In this document: in pieces, positions 10,814 to 27,577 of the stretch
How positions within the stretch are numbered: the stretch's first letter is position 1
Layout of the letters: each line of letters begins with the position of its first letter
From: Octopus sinensis
Taxonomy: Eukaryota
Direction: 5' to 3'
DNA: 64,000 nucleotides
Assembly: GCF_006345805.1 (NCBI RefSeq)
Contig: NW_021835987.1
Span: forward strand, 1 to 64,000
Made by a program: the position numbers and the translations under genes
The notes under the pieces: model-generated
Databases searched by the model: none
Told to the model about the DNA's origin: nothing
What the model saw: the letters and a program-made list of their open reading frames with translations, nothing else

Positions 10814-11377
10814 GTTGTTAACGTCCATCCAATCCTGCTGACCACCACTAGTGATCCCAGTAGGTCAAGTATTACCTGTTAATAAAGAATCCATATAAAT
10901 ATTCAAAGTTGTTAACGTCCATCCAATCCTGCTGACCACCACTAGTGATCCCAGTAGGTCAAGTATTACCTGTTAATAAAGAATGCATATAAATATTCTA
11001 AGTTGTTCACGTCCATCCAATCCTGCTGACCACCACTAGTGATCCCAGTAGGTCAAGTATTACCTGTTAATAAAGAATGCATATAAATATTCTAAGTTGT
11101 TCACGTCCATCCAATCCTGCTGACCACCACTAGTGATCCCAGTAGGTCAAGTATTACCTGTTAATAAAGAATCCATATAAATATTCAAAGTTGTTAACGT
11201 CCATCCAATCCTGCTGACCACCACTAGTGATCCCAGTAGGTCAAGTATTACCTGTTAATAAAGAATGCATATAAATATTCTAAGTTGTTCACGTCCATCC
11301 AATCCTGCTGACCACCACTAGTGATCCCAGTAGGAAAAGTATTACCTGTTAATAAAGAATCCATATAAATATTCGAA
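10814..11377 (+). repeat. Six tandem 94-bp units in the 3' UTR of gene A, each with AATAAA
   Basis: Units start at 10814, 10908, 11002, 11096, 11190 and 11284. The unit is homologous to the 3' UTR of B (about 24800-24700) and C. Confidence 0.92.
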
Positions 11378-12303
11378 GTCCGTCTTTCGAGTTGTGATTG
11401 GCTTTCTCTGACCCCACAGACAGAGCTGTTGTTGTTGTTGTTGTTGTTTATGTTCTAGTTCATACTAAATGCGTTGCACCTTAGGTAAGTGTCTTCTACC
11501 AAAGCCTTGTGAGTGGATTTAGTAGGCGGGAACCGAAAGAAACATGTCGTGTGTGTGTGAGTGTGTCACTTACTGTATGTATGTGTGTGTGTGTGTTTTT
11601 ATGCGTGTGCCTGCCACCCTCCCCACCAACATCGCTTGATAAACGATGCTGGTATGTTTACGTCCCCGTAACTTTGTGGGTCGGCAAAAGAGACCGATAG
11701 AATAAGTACTAGGCTTACAAAGAATAAGGCCTGAAGTTGATTTGTTCTACTAAAGGCGGTGCTCCAGCAGCGCCGCTGTCAAATAACTGAAATAAATACA
11801 AGAAAAGAATAATAAACGGCTAGTATTCTGATTTCGAATTTAAACCTTAAGTTCGTGATGAGGTCGATCTTATAGCAGTTTATATATATTGTTAAAATCT
11901 ATTATCCTTTATGGAAAATAACGTAAACCTCTGTAGAGACAACTGGAATTTCAGAAGTATAAGTGATTAATATCAAAGAAGAACCAACGGTATCCCCTAG
12001 TATATATACATATATAGAACTTCCAATATCGTTAGTCGATATAGAGCAAAACTGGTGTACACTTGGATAAAATTTATCCCTAGGAAAAAACAACCTCTTT
12101 CCGTACAAACTTATATATATGTGTGTGTGTGTGTGTGGAGGCGCAATGGACCATTTGTTAGGGCAGCGGACTCGCGATTGTAGGATCGCGGTTTCGATTC
12201 CCAGACCGGGCTTTGTGAGGGTTTATTGAGCGAAGACACCTAAGGCTCCACGAGGCTCTGACAGTGGCTGGTGGCGATCTCTGCTGTACTCTTTCGCCAT
12301 AAC

Positions 12304-13190
12304 TGCCTGTCCGCCACGGAAGATATCTTTAAGGCCGCAGCCCCCTATTACAACGAGGCCCTGGCCCGCAGTGGCTTTAAAGATAAGATTACCTATACTA
12401 GTATAGCCCCACGCCAACCCAGGAAAAATAGACGAAGACACATTAGCTGGTACAACCCCCCTTCAACCGTGAGGTCGCTACACCTGTAGCTAAAATCTTC
12501 TTCACTCTCCTACAGAAACACTTCCCCACCCAACATAAGTACTACACTATCCTAAATAAGAACACTATTAGACTCTCCTACTCTACCACGCCCAATCTAG
12601 CCAGGAACCTAGCCAACAACAATGTGAAAAAAACTTAACATATCTACTTTTTCCGAGGCCCATCCAACGTCCGATAGCAATTGCAACTGCCCTGATAAAA
12701 CCACCTGCCCCCTCAACAACAACTGCCTACAGAGGGACCTAGTATATACATGCGAGGTAAGATCAGGCCTGACGATAAAAGAAAATCCTACATCGGAATG
12801 ACGTCAAACAGCTTTAAGACCCGTTGGTACGCACACACACACTCGTTCCGGCGACCGGATAAATCCAACCAAACTACCCTCGCCGCCCACATCTGGTACC
12901 TTAAAAGGAACTCCATCCCCTTCAAGACCAAGTGGAAACTACTACAGAAGGCGCGTTCGTACACAGGAGGCCATACCTGCTGTGACCTTTGCATTTCGGA
13001 GAGCCTAGAGATCTTGTTCGCCAAAGGCCCTCTCCTAACAAGATTTCAGAACACTCCCCAAATTGCATGCATAAGAATTATGCAAACTACAAGAACTATA
13101 GACCTACCCGGCAACCAGATTGATGACACCCCACCCACAAACCCCCCCAATCCCACCGTTCCCTAGCTACCCCGACTACCTTTCTCCTAA
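12304..13190 (+). mobile_element. Penelope-like element fragment (RT C-terminus plus GIY-YIG), Naiad-like
   Basis: APYYNEALARSGF..WYNPP..HFP..LNKNTIRLSYS, then CNC..CPL..CL..VY, YIGMTSNSFKTRWYAH, C.LC. Frameshifted and fused to a truncated SINE. Confidence 0.8.
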
Positions 13191-13209
13191 GACCTTTCAC
13201 ATATTGTAT

Positions 13210-15715
<2,506 letters not shown>

Positions 15716-16000
15716 GAGAATTTCCTTATTTACCTAAAACTCTATTCTTCTATATAATTTTATATTTTTTATTCTTTTTTTATTCTTTTAGTTATTCTTC
15801 TATCTAATTTACCACTGACTCCTTGACCACTCCCCCAAGTATGATTTTTTTGCGCTATGCCTACCCCCAAAAAGTCCCCCACCACCACCCCTATAAACCT
15901 GCCTAAATGTATAAATGCCAATACAATTCTTGTTAACTAGCTTCCTGAAGATTTCTCTTGAATGAAACAGTTCTAGTCCTGTAGAAGCTCCTTCTATATA

Positions 16001-16041
<41 letters not shown>

Positions 16042-18123
16042 GCAAAGTACAAACGATAGAGTTGTGTTCAATATACTAATTGATTATATGTATAAATATA
16101 TTAATTTTATTTATTAATAAACTGGGGACAATTATAATAATGATCATAAGAATGATAATAATGAATAAATAGTTTTTTTAATTACTAAATGAATCTAATA
16201 ACCAAAATAATAATTATTATAGTATTGGATAGTATATAACTTGTATTCTTTTTACAATAATGTTATTTCGCTACTTCTGAAAGAATTAATAAAACTTGGA
16301 TATATATAATTCATAGTCCTTTAATATATTTCGATAGCTGTAGATTATACTTATCTAATTATTTTGTCCGTTATAATTATTTTATTGTTTTTTAATTGTA
16401 ATTGATATGTAGTTGAATAGTTAACGCTCACGCTCATAATACATAGGCATTGGAATTAATTTTTGCAATCCAACCATATTTTCACACGGAATTTCGTCAA
16501 TCTTTAAACCACTGCCTCCGATGAGCCTTATATAAGGAAAATCAATTGTTTATATATCAAAAGATGTATATAAACCGAAACAAATTGGCTTTTTTGGTTT
16601 TTTTAATAATTGTTACATAATAATCATAGTATATTGTTATAATATAAATAAATTAATGGATTGAAAATTGTATCTCTGTATTTAATTTATTATTTATATA
16701 TGTTTTTTTTTGTATCCGTGAATGTGTTACCTCCATTGGGGATGACGTGTTACTAAACAACTGCAACAGAAACAAAGTGGATGATGTAACCATAAATACA
16801 TTATGACTTAACAAAAGATGAGATGGTCACATTTGGAATACTATAGATCATAGCTCTATTGGATCAGAGTTGATCTGTTGATTAAACATTGTCTCAAAAC
16901 CTTTCTCACTTCACAATTCGCGATTACAGACACACTCACCTCCTAATCATAATACATACGGTCGCAAATAAAGCAGAATGCGATAAAAAAAAGAAAACAC
17001 TTACTTTAACTGAGGTGGAGGGCCGCCCCTACACTTTAGGTGGTTATGTGAGGACTTCTTGTCAGGACTGTTCATTAAGGGCACAACTTCTTTCTGCTCT
17101 CCTTCCTTTCTTCTATTGTAAGTACTTTCTTCTATTAACCACAGTAGAATGTACAGATATCAGGACTTTTCCTAAATGCCAGCACTGTCCAATGCTGTCT
17201 GTCCTATGTTCTCTTATCAGTATCACCTTCAGACTTAGACTTGTCAGAAAATTACCAAAACACGCAAATTGACCAAAAAACACAGAACCATCCACTCAGA
17301 TCAATCTTCTTTACTAATATGCCTATATTTCCACAAAAAATTGAAAATACACCAAACTTTTCAATACGTCTTCTTTGTTACTACGAAGAAAAGAAGTTCT
17401 TGAGTAGAGAAATGCGCTTCACGAAACATACAGAAGATACGCCTGTGTAGTTGTTGAAGTCGTTCCGATGTTAGCAGTAATGCAGCTCTGGTGTTTTTGA
17501 TACCGACGTTGCAGTGTTAATACCTGGTGATTGCGTGATGTGATGTTGGTGTTTCTGTAGGTGGAGATATGAAAGCTGAACGTTGAATGTCGCTGGACCG
17601 AAGTCTTCCATTAAAGAAAATCATTGAAATCAATCACCATGGATGATGAAAAGTAAACATATTTCTGAATCAGCGCACTCATTATTTCAACCATAACACA
17701 GACTGCTTTCATGACTGTGTGTGTGCGTGCTCGAATGTGTGAGTGTATGCGTGTGCGTGCGCGCGCGCTTATGTGTATCCCCTAATCAGGGCGAACGAAT
17801 TTTTCAATATTTCCATAGCAAGATATTAATATATTTCGTGACTGACCGCAGATTTGCTTTCAGGGTGCCGAGAGAAACATGAGAAGTGCTCGAGAGCCTC
17901 GGATCCAAAATGGACCAAACAGGAAAAACTCCAACGAGTTTACATCGGAGCTTCTTGAGGTTCATTCATCCTTGCTTATGAAAGACTGAATGCTTTCTGA
18001 ATCGAGTGTTGTGTCTGCTTGGAGCTGTGGAACTGTGGTGATTCCTGCTGGAGTCTCGAAGGTGACCCTGGAAAGTCCTCATCAGCCCATAGAAACGGTT
18101 CAGCTAACTGAATGTCGCTAATG

Positions 18124-19299
18124 TTAGTTAGTTAGTTAATTTGGCTCAAAAGTAAATAGCAAGGCCATGTAGGGGGACATGGAGTTAAGTACAGGGTGGT
18201 GTTCATGTAAAGAGTTCAGGCCACTTGAGGTCCAGGGAGGCTTTGAACAAAGCGGTCGTCGGCATCTTTACCGTCTCGTCTGGCAGCTTGTTCCACGGAT
18301 CCGCAACCCGGACGGAGAAAGTTCCTCTCCTTCGATTGAGATGAAATCGTCGCAGGTAGAGCTTTTCGGAATGACCCCGCAGCCGACGCTCTTGAGCAGG
18401 AGTGAAGAACAGCTCTTTCGAGAGGTTACACTTTCCGCTTATGATGTTGTGGGCGAGAATGAAATCACCACGGCGGCGGCGTTTTTCAAGAGAATAAAGG
18501 TCGAGCGTCCTCAGCCTTTCTTCGTAGGACAAATTTTTGAGACCATGAACCATGCGGGTAGCCAGCTTCTGGACTCTTTCGAGATGCTGTATGTCTTTGA
18601 GGAGATAAGGAGAAGAGGCTTGAATCCCATACTCCAATATGGGTCTCACCAGCGTGACATAGAGTGGTAGGAATATGGCTGCTGTGAGCATTCCGAATGA
18701 CCGTCGAATCAAGAACAGAATTCCGCGTGCTCTGTTGGCAGCATGGACGCACTGGGCCGAAGACGAAAAGGAGGAATCCACCAAGATACCCAGGTCCTTT
18801 ACCTGATCGGTCCTCTCCAGCAGCAGACGACCCGGCTCGAAATCAAGTTGAGTTGCAGGAGTAGAGCCGACTGGCAGATGACAGCACTTTGACACGTTCA
18901 GACACAGGTCCCAATCGTTAGACCACTTCCAAATTTGGTGGAGGCATCGACGAAGATCCTCTATATGACCGCGAGGAGCGACCAGTTTGATATCGTCGGC
19001 AAATAGAAGGGTGTGTTGTGTGAGGTCGTCGGGCAAGTCATTTATGAAGACTAAGAACAACAAGGGCCCAAGCACTGAACCTTGAGGCACGCCACTGCTC
19101 GCACTGGAGACGTCGGACCGCGAACCATTAACTTAGACTTGGAAGAAGCGATCTGAGATGAAGGCACCAACCCATCGTACAATATCCGGATGGAAACTAT
19201 ATGCTTGAAGCTTGACAAGTAATAGGCGGTGGTTTACCGAGTCAAAAGCTTTGGCAAAGTCCAATAAAACGATGTCAACAGCATCACTATCATCGAGGA
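18124..19299 (-). mobile_element. 5'-truncated CR1/L2-type LINE inserted into a Tc1/mariner remnant
   Basis: DFAKAFDSVNH, PQGSVLGPLLFLVFINDLP, LFADD, open 295-aa ORF 18203-19090, (TAAC)n tail. The empty site is visible in the paralog at about 39920. Confidence 0.9.
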
Positions 19300-20360
19300 T
19301 TGCTGGGAATTCGTTTCAACATCCGAGGTCACAAAAACGAGAGGAGACCATCTAGTAGCTGTCACAACAGTCCAAACCTCAAGTGACAGTGGATTTGGAC
19401 GTCGATTTACGAGTCTAATCATGACAGAGCCAGATACCCTCGAACGTTGATCCTTCTGGTAGTTTACTGTCAGTTCGATGCCAAGTATCTTTTCATCTGC
19501 AAGCGTGCCTTCAGCAATCTGACACATGATAAGACGATTTCTCTCCAGTTTGGGGGGCCTTGTATACTTGCGTGATCTCCAGATGTCGGATTATCTCCTA
19601 GGTGTAGGTCATGGAACAATTTTTTTTTAATATGTGGGCCCCTTCTTTTTCCTTCTTCGTAGTCACTTGTACTACGCTAGCCTCAATAGATAATTGCTGC
19701 CACATATATAATTAATGCTCCATTAATATATAACTACTGGCATATATAAACTTAATACTATATTTTTATGTTAGTTTTCAATCTATTTATCTCTCAATAA
19801 ATGCAATCATGTATTGAACGTATGACAACACTGATTCTCCTGATTGTTGAACTTAATCGAAAGTTATCGATCTAAACAATGAATTATTTTCTGTCGCCCA
19901 ACCATGAATTTCTTAACCTGAAAGCCAGTCATGTTAACGAGAATCAACATAAGATTTAATTCAACCAACCGCATCTGTCGATTTTCTGAACTGAACATTT
20001 ACTCCAACATTTTCAGTTCTCATTATTGGTTTCATACTTTACTCGCGTACCGACATACTATTAAATACAGTTCACTATTAAAAATTGTACAACGTATATT
20101 CTAGCTTTTAAGCGATGAGTTTCTTAAAACTGAGCAACATGTCTACAAAATCCATATCCGCTCGTGGCTTCATTTTAATCTTGTCATTTTCCAAATGATT
20201 TTCTGTTATATTTAATGTTTTCCATTACTCACAAGAGTTGTGTTTCCTAGGCCAACGAAAAGACAACAAAATTCAGTATAGAAACAAATCTATATTACAA
20301 CAGATACATATATGCATACATTCGTACAAATATACTCATACATACAAGTATATATATATG

Positions 20361-20416
<56 letters not shown>

Positions 20417-20431
20417 CATATATATGCATAG

Positions 20432-20533
<102 letters not shown>

Positions 20534-20899
20534 CCACACACAGATATATCATATATATGTATATATATATCAGGGAAAACTGATGAAGGGCACTATTTGT
20601 TTTCTGTTTTTTCGCTGTTCGAAAACAGTTCGTTTTCCATGTCTTCGTGTGTCATTGTTTTTAACGAGTTTTTTATGTCCTGTACCCATATATGCATGTA
20701 TATATACATATATATGTGGGTATGTACATGTATGTATATATATGGATATATTTATAAATTATTTATATTTTATACATATATATATGTATATGTGTGTATA
20801 TATATATATACGTATATATATATACACATATGTGTATGTTTGTGCGTATATATAAGTATGTGCGTATGTTTGTATATGTGTATACACACACACATACAC

Positions 20900-21610
20900 A
20901 TATCCAAAATGTCCAGCCAGAACTTGACAATTGCATAAATAAAACTAAACACAAAATTCCCTTTCAAAATAAAAGTATCTTTAAAAAATACAAAATTATC
21001 AACTAAATTATGTTTCGATATGACAATTTCCTCACATTGGCCACCCTCGACACGCACCACGGTTTGAAGACGGCTCCGGAACATGGTGCATGCGTTCATC
21101 TCTGTGTACCTAGGAAAATCTCAGTTAGAATCAGAGGAATTAAGAGGCCATGAGTGGGGGCTGATGATGTTGTAGAAATTTTCTGACAACCACTTCTGAG
21201 ACTTTCCAAAGACATGGCTAAGATCCGAATCCTGCTAACACACACATAGACTTCCAACAGCAACGCTCTCAAGCTAATATTTCACTAGTCCCCAAAAGCT
21301 CTAAATAGCCGTTTGAAATGTGCATAAGGCTTTCTTCATCAGTTTTAGTACGAAATCCAGCGTGCCGTCGTTGTCAGAACGCCTGCTGTGTAACCTCCTG
21401 GTGGTCATAGGTTCCTCGTTTCTCTTGTAACTACTTATCACGTGTCTCAGAGACTCTACAGTGTTCAAAGCGCATTGAACCTGATACACACACATACACA
21501 CCTACGTACATACACACTCACATACATACATACATACATACATGCATAGATACATACATACATACATGCATACATACATGCATACATACATACATACATA
21601 CATACATACA

Positions 21611-21641
<31 letters not shown>

Positions 21642-21780
21642 CATGCATTGTGCTCCCAAGCTGTCACTCTGTCTCCAGTATACGAGATTACTGCTCATTT
21701 AGATACACGAGAAAGGACGCAGGTCTTTGAGAAATCTCCTGGACGGACGAGAGGAAAGTAAGAGCAAAATGTGAAATGAA
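20900..21780 (-). mobile_element. Mariner-like transposase remnant interrupted by (CATA)n
   Basis: C-terminal ACTMFRSRLQTVVRVEGGQCE and KSQKWLSENFY motifs. Confidence 0.6.
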
Positions 21781-22393
21781 AAACAAATCAACAGTTGTAT
21801 ACATTTTGTGAAGCAGAAAGATCTCATATTCTTTATAGATGTGAAACTTCCACAGGTCGACTAAATTCTTGATCTGAAATTTTTATCAAATATAAACATA
21901 AGGACAAATTTCCACCTTTGAGCTGGTGAACAGCATCCTCTCCGGATTAAGCATTCAGTCTCATAGATTTTGATCTCCTCCCCGTTGTATCACTCTACGC
22001 CAACCGTGCTCTCATTCGAACACCGTCCACATTAATACTTCTTTGAACGGCAAAAGATCTTCTTTCGTTTATTTCTTTTACTTTTCTTTTCTTTCCAATT
22101 CCACCTTACTCTTTCTCTCATTCCACTATATGCATTTATTTGCCTTTCACTCTTTACCGTGGTGTTTTCCAAACGTGACCAGCCACGTTGAAAATTTAAT
22201 ATATAAGCTTGCTCGTTTATTGTAGTTTCATAGTACGAGAGTAATTATAGCTGGTAATTGAATATTGTGTTTGTTAAATGATATTAACCTTTCACTGGAT
22301 GCAAGATACAGTTTGTTGATCTCACCAATTACAGAAGATTAAATTATTTGTGTGTGAACGTGTCCACATACACACACACACACATAAGCCCTC

Positions 22394-22507
<114 letters not shown>

Positions 22508-22574
22508 TCATATATGTGTCTATATATGTATATATACCTCTACGTATATATATTTATATTTATAGATACGGGTA

Positions 22575-23480
22575 TATATATATAGCAGTTTCGTTCTTAT
22601 ACATTACTGGTTGTTTAATTTGGTCAATCTCTACTTCAGTTAGAAATTGTTTTCAGAATGTTTCCTCTGGTGTTGGCAAGTTTGTTACTGTCTATGTAGG
22701 GTCTTACTTCAAGGTGTTTCCATCTCCAGTTTCAGTACGTTTGTACAGTATTAGATTTATTTGTGGGGAAATATATGGCATGGGACTTCTTTATTTTTTT
22801 CCCTAGACCATTTTTCATTTGGTTTTTTGATGACGATCATGGATGGCCATCTGTTGGAATATTCCGATTGCGGGGTACTTCCAGCGCCTGTGGGTCGGGA
22901 AGATTTGAACCAGTAGCTTAAAACCGTATCGGGACAGCTGCTATAAAGAGGAAACTACAACACATAGGAATTCAGGATTTCATCTCCTTCGAAGTATTTC
23001 TCTTCTGAAGCAACACAATTTATGAAGCATCGTTTCAGTCGTCAGGAACATCCCTGGAACTCATTTCTGAGGATAGCGAGCATCTACCTCGTCGCATTCT
23101 CTAGGATTTTCTCGACATCTTCAAATCTTTTGGGCCTTCCACTACGAAGACCTTGGTTCTATGGTCATAGCAACAGGTACAAGATTTTCACCTATAATGA
23201 CGTTTTTCAAAAAGTCTTCGACTTCCAAGTCACAATCAAAAAGAGATTCTGCACCGCTGACAGCCTTTCTTCTTCTTGGGACAACCACACTCAAGACACT
23301 TTACTTCTAAACACTGCTATCAACAACGGAAGTGAATGGAAACTTTATAACCACCGTGAATGATCGCCATATTTCATTCTGTAACTGCCACATCTGAAGT
23401 GTGCAGTGTTACATAATAGATCGGACTCTTACCTAACATTCCATTGAACCCTTACTGACAAAACGATGGGTTAGATCGGC
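22575..23480 (-). mobile_element. Shorter paralogous copy of the same R4-like 5' fragment (B duplication unit)
   Basis: Highly similar to about 45960-46850. Confidence 0.72.
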
Positions 23481-23657
23481 TGTAATGTATGTATACAACT
23501 GTGCATATTATATATATAATACATATATTATATGTATGGATATATGAATATAAATATATATATATACACATACATATATGCATATATATACATACATACA
23601 TTCATACATACATATATGCATATATATACATACATGCATACATATATGCATATATAT

Positions 23658-23716
<59 letters not shown>

Positions 23717-23747
23717 TATATACATATATCTATAAACATATATTTAC

Positions 23748-23796
<49 letters not shown>

Positions 23797-23811
23797 TATG
23801 TTAATATATAT

Positions 23812-23893
<82 letters not shown>

Positions 23894-23899
<6 letters not shown>

Positions 23900-24141
23900 A
23901 TAGTTATCGCCATACTAATATGGCATTCTTATAAAAATAAGAATAAAGCTGTCCGCTTATTAGCTCCATGAGGCCATCGCCTTAAGTTAGCTATTTGATA
24001 CACAAACTGTATCCATATATGGATACAGTTTGTGTATCAAATAGCTAACTTAAGGCGATGGCCTCATGGAGCTAATAATCGGACAGCTTTATTCTTATTT
24101 TTATAAGAATGCCATATTAGTATGGCGATAACTATTATTTT
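23894..24141. repeat. 248-bp spacerless palindrome
   Basis: 124-bp arms centred on 24017/24018 with 1 mismatch. The same peptide ([25 protein letters not shown]) appears in ORFs on both strands. Confidence 0.92.
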
Positions 24142-24198
24142 CCGGGAACGCTGCCGTTGTTCTCTTTTAGAGAGACTTAGTAATTTTAATATTTCTAT

Positions 24199-24256
<58 letters not shown>

Positions 24257-24570
24257 ATCATTTCATGTATTAAGGCAACTATTTGCTTCATATTTTAAAA
24301 AAATCGCAACACCTTACAAATTTTCAAGCCGAATACATGTTATCTGCTTCCATTTAAGTTTAAAACACAAAATGGAGACGAACGCTGTTCCTTCATTTGA
24401 TCCCCTTGAAAAATTGTTGAGGTATTAAGCTATTTTCTTCACGTGAAACTATAAACAGACTTAATACAAATATACAATATTTATTCACAAATGCGATGTT
24501 GAAAACTCACTCTAATTGTTTGACATTTACGACAATATGTATATACACACATAAACACGCTCGTACACAC

Positions 24571-24609
<39 letters not shown>

Positions 24610-24839
24610 TATATATATATATGTGGTCAAATAGGAAATGGAACAATAACAACAACAGCTGGAAAGAGAGAAAGAGAATCAAAAACTTCAAAGACCGATG
24701 TTGGATATATTATTTATATGGATTCTTTATTAACCGGTAATACTTGACGTGTGTGCATCACTAGTGGTGGTCAGCTAGATTGGGTGAATGTGAACAACAA
24801 CAACAATTGTGTCAATGGATTTCATGTGCTGGGCTATTT

Positions 24840-24889
24840 CTACGGCTTCAGGCTGATGAATATGGCCATGGAGTCTGCTATTGCATAAC
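24840..24889 (-). CDS. Gene B exon 5 (terminal coding exon)
   Basis: ttacttgcag acceptor; (G)YAIADSMAIFISLKP then TAG. Exons sum to 855 nt. An AATAAA follows in the 3' UTR near 24730. Confidence 0.87.
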
Positions 24890-25124
24890 CTGCAAGTAAC
24901 ACAACAACATCAATAAACAAAGGAAATGAAATATATCGTGGAAAATACTCATACGCGGTCGCTCGTGTTAATAGAAATGGCAGCCAAATCTCCACAAAGT
25001 GTAATGGGAAGCATACAGGTAGGTCACGGTCAGAACTCTTTTGATCATAAATCTGTTGAATCAAGGCTGATTGGCTGTGAACTATAATTACAAAAATAAC
25101 TTCTGCAATCACTACTCACATTAA

Positions 25125-25163
<39 letters not shown>

Positions 25164-25216
25164 GAGAGAGCGACAGAGAGACATACACAAACTCACAAAA
25201 TGAAAACATCACTTAC

Positions 25217-25377
25217 CGTCGTTCCAGATGACACTCGAGCTTGCATCAGCATATTGAATTGCAGGATAACGATCCAGTTTCTCATATTCACAGTCTCTTT
25301 CAGTTTGAATTAATTGTAGCCAGCCTCTAACCACCGCACAGTCAGCCATCATCGATATATAGAAGTTATGTTTACCG
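25217..25377 (-). CDS. Gene B exon 4
   Basis: ccaactctgtag acceptor; GKHNFYISMMADCAVVRGWLQLIQTERDCEYEKLDRYPAIQYADASSSVIWND; G|gtaagt donor; 161 nt. Confidence 0.87.
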
Positions 25378-25950
25378 CTACAGAGTTGGAAAAATACTTG
25401 TTTTGGTTTCAGAATGAGAAAATATAAGCATTTAATAAATATAGCATTATGTTCCATGCACACATTTGAATCTGTCTGTATTTAATTAAAATAGCCATTT
25501 GTGTATCATATTTAAAGTATAAACACACTGTCAATAAACTAGTTACTTTAGTAGTATAATCTCTGAGATAACATCTCCTATGGATTTGCTTTGTTTCGAA
25601 CAATAAATATTGGTGACACGAAAATTCGTTCCAGCAGCGGACAATGAGAGAAAAAGACGCTATCACAGGACAAATATTGCAGAAACTGGTCTCTCGGGAG
25701 TGTGTCTACGTTAGGTATGATATGTAGACGTCTATACCAGTATGTTAGAATCTGCATTGACAGCTCCAACAGCCGTCTGTAGAATCGTTTGTTCAGACTG
25801 AGGGTAAATTCAGGAGATCAAGAAAATATGGTGAATAAGAATATAGATTTAAAAACAGATTTGTATTAGTAGCATAAGAAAAGTGCGTTTAGCTCAATAC
25901 GACAATACGTCTCTACATAGGGAAACAGAAAAAATATATTTAGAACATAC

Positions 25951-26117
25951 CCATATCCTCCTGAAAGTCTGAAAATATCTGGCTTGGCTGAAGATAGGTC
26001 AATCCATGGAGAACTTTTCAAGTTCTCATAAATGAACCAGTTAGATAATTTTGAATTTTGTCCATCAAAAATCATAGTCACCACAGCAGTTTGGTTTTTA
26101 TAAATCACTAGTTTCAC
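25951..26117 (-). CDS. Gene B exon 3
   Basis: ttttcag acceptor; VKLVIYKNQTAVVTMIFDGQNSKLSNWFIYENLKSSPWIDLSSAKPDIFRLSGGY; GG|gtatgt donor; 167 nt, phase 2. Confidence 0.87.
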
Positions 26118-26574
26118 CTGAAAAATAAGAGTAAACATATAACAGAGACAAATACACACTTACACACACACATAAATAGATCAAATTTACATTAATCGAG
26201 GTAATTTGACAGCTATTTCATTAGATGCGAGCCTAAAGTCTACTCCAGAAGGAATTAATACTAATGTTATTTTATATATATATATATACATATGTATGTA
26301 TGTATAAAATGCGCCCTTTTAAAGCCTAGCCAGGCTTATGGACCCGGTTTCCCGGTTTCAATGGCGTATGGACGCCAGTCCATCGCAGCGTTACACATTT
26401 TTGCCAGCTGAGTGAACTGGAGCAAATTTTGCTCAAGAATACAACGCCTCGCCCGGTCCAGGAATCGAAACCACAATCTCATGATCATGATGCTGACACA
26501 CTAACCACTAAGCCATGCGCCTCCACACACACACACACACACAAACAAACAAACACACATATATGTTCATGGTA

Positions 26575-27125
26575 GCTAAAAAGCCTCTGTGAGTTTTCAA
26601 TTGTTGATAATTCTTTTATCTTTTGATATTGCAAACTTGTGTGCTTCTTGGGTTGTGTGTTGTAATAAAGGGTAGCTTATTGTACGTATCTGGAGCGTTT
26701 TCCGTTTTTTGTAGTTCTTCGATATTTATTGCTTTGGCACATTCTATTCTGTTGCCTGTTAGCATTAATGGATATTGACTTTTAAGTATTACTTATTTTA
26801 GTTCTTGGTGTCTTTTAGAGAGAGTTTCAGGGTTTGAAACAATTGTGCAGATTCTTCTTGCAAGATTAAAGGGGATTTTATTCTTGGTGTGTTTGGAATG
26901 GCACGAGGAGAATAGTAAGTACTCTTTAGTGTCTATTCATTTGCAATGAATATCTGTTTCAATGATTTTTTAATCTCTGTTGATGTTTAGTATATCCAGG
27001 AATGGTAGTTGGGTTTTACTGTATTCCATGGTAAACTGAATATTGTTGTTTATGCTGTTGATTAGAATTTTGTTTTAGTTGGATTATTTTCTTGTCAAAT
27101 TAGTCTTGAATTGTCATTCTGAAAT
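26575..27125 (-). mobile_element. Penelope-like RT remnant in intron 2 of gene B (paralog 49660-50205 in gene C)
   Basis: LPFLDIL..ETDIHCK..DTKEYLLFSSCHSKHTKNKIPFNLARRICTIVS..LPFITTHNP, with stops. Confidence 0.75.
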
Positions 27126-27577
27126 AAAAAAACAGCTAATTATTACAGTGGAAAAATTATCATAATTCTTATAATGAAGACCGCTCATAAACACCTTTGC
27201 ACCTGAACATTAGTCAATATCTATTAATTTTCTATGAGAAAGATGACCTTCAAAGTCATTCCAGGATTGTCCTGCTTGGAATCTGATGCTGACGATAGCA
27301 AAAGTGCTTGGAATGCGTACATCGGTCCATGGGAGCACTTTGAAATGTTTGTAGGTGTGTTAACAACTGTTGCCCAAGGCAAGAATTTTCTCCACGGTAA
27401 ATCGCAGTGAAAACCGCCGTTTTTACGGTTAAAATATGTCTGAAATATATGTGAAGTGATCCAAAAGATAGTTTATCTTTATTATTATTATTAATATGAT
27501 AACGTGTGCGTGATGGAATCTCATTTTGTTTGTATGAGTTTGTGTGTGTGTGTGTGTGTATGTGTGTGCTGACATAC

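Noticed and set aside
10814-11377. 94-bp and 114-bp (9711-10283) arrays as CRISPR-like
   Set aside because: Head-to-tail repeats with no unique spacers, no cas genes, eukaryotic context.
17000-17640. GC-richer island with short ORFs and a gtaagt donor (paralog 38660-39320)
   Set aside because: Frames are not conserved between the two copies (stops differ) and no recognisable domain is present.
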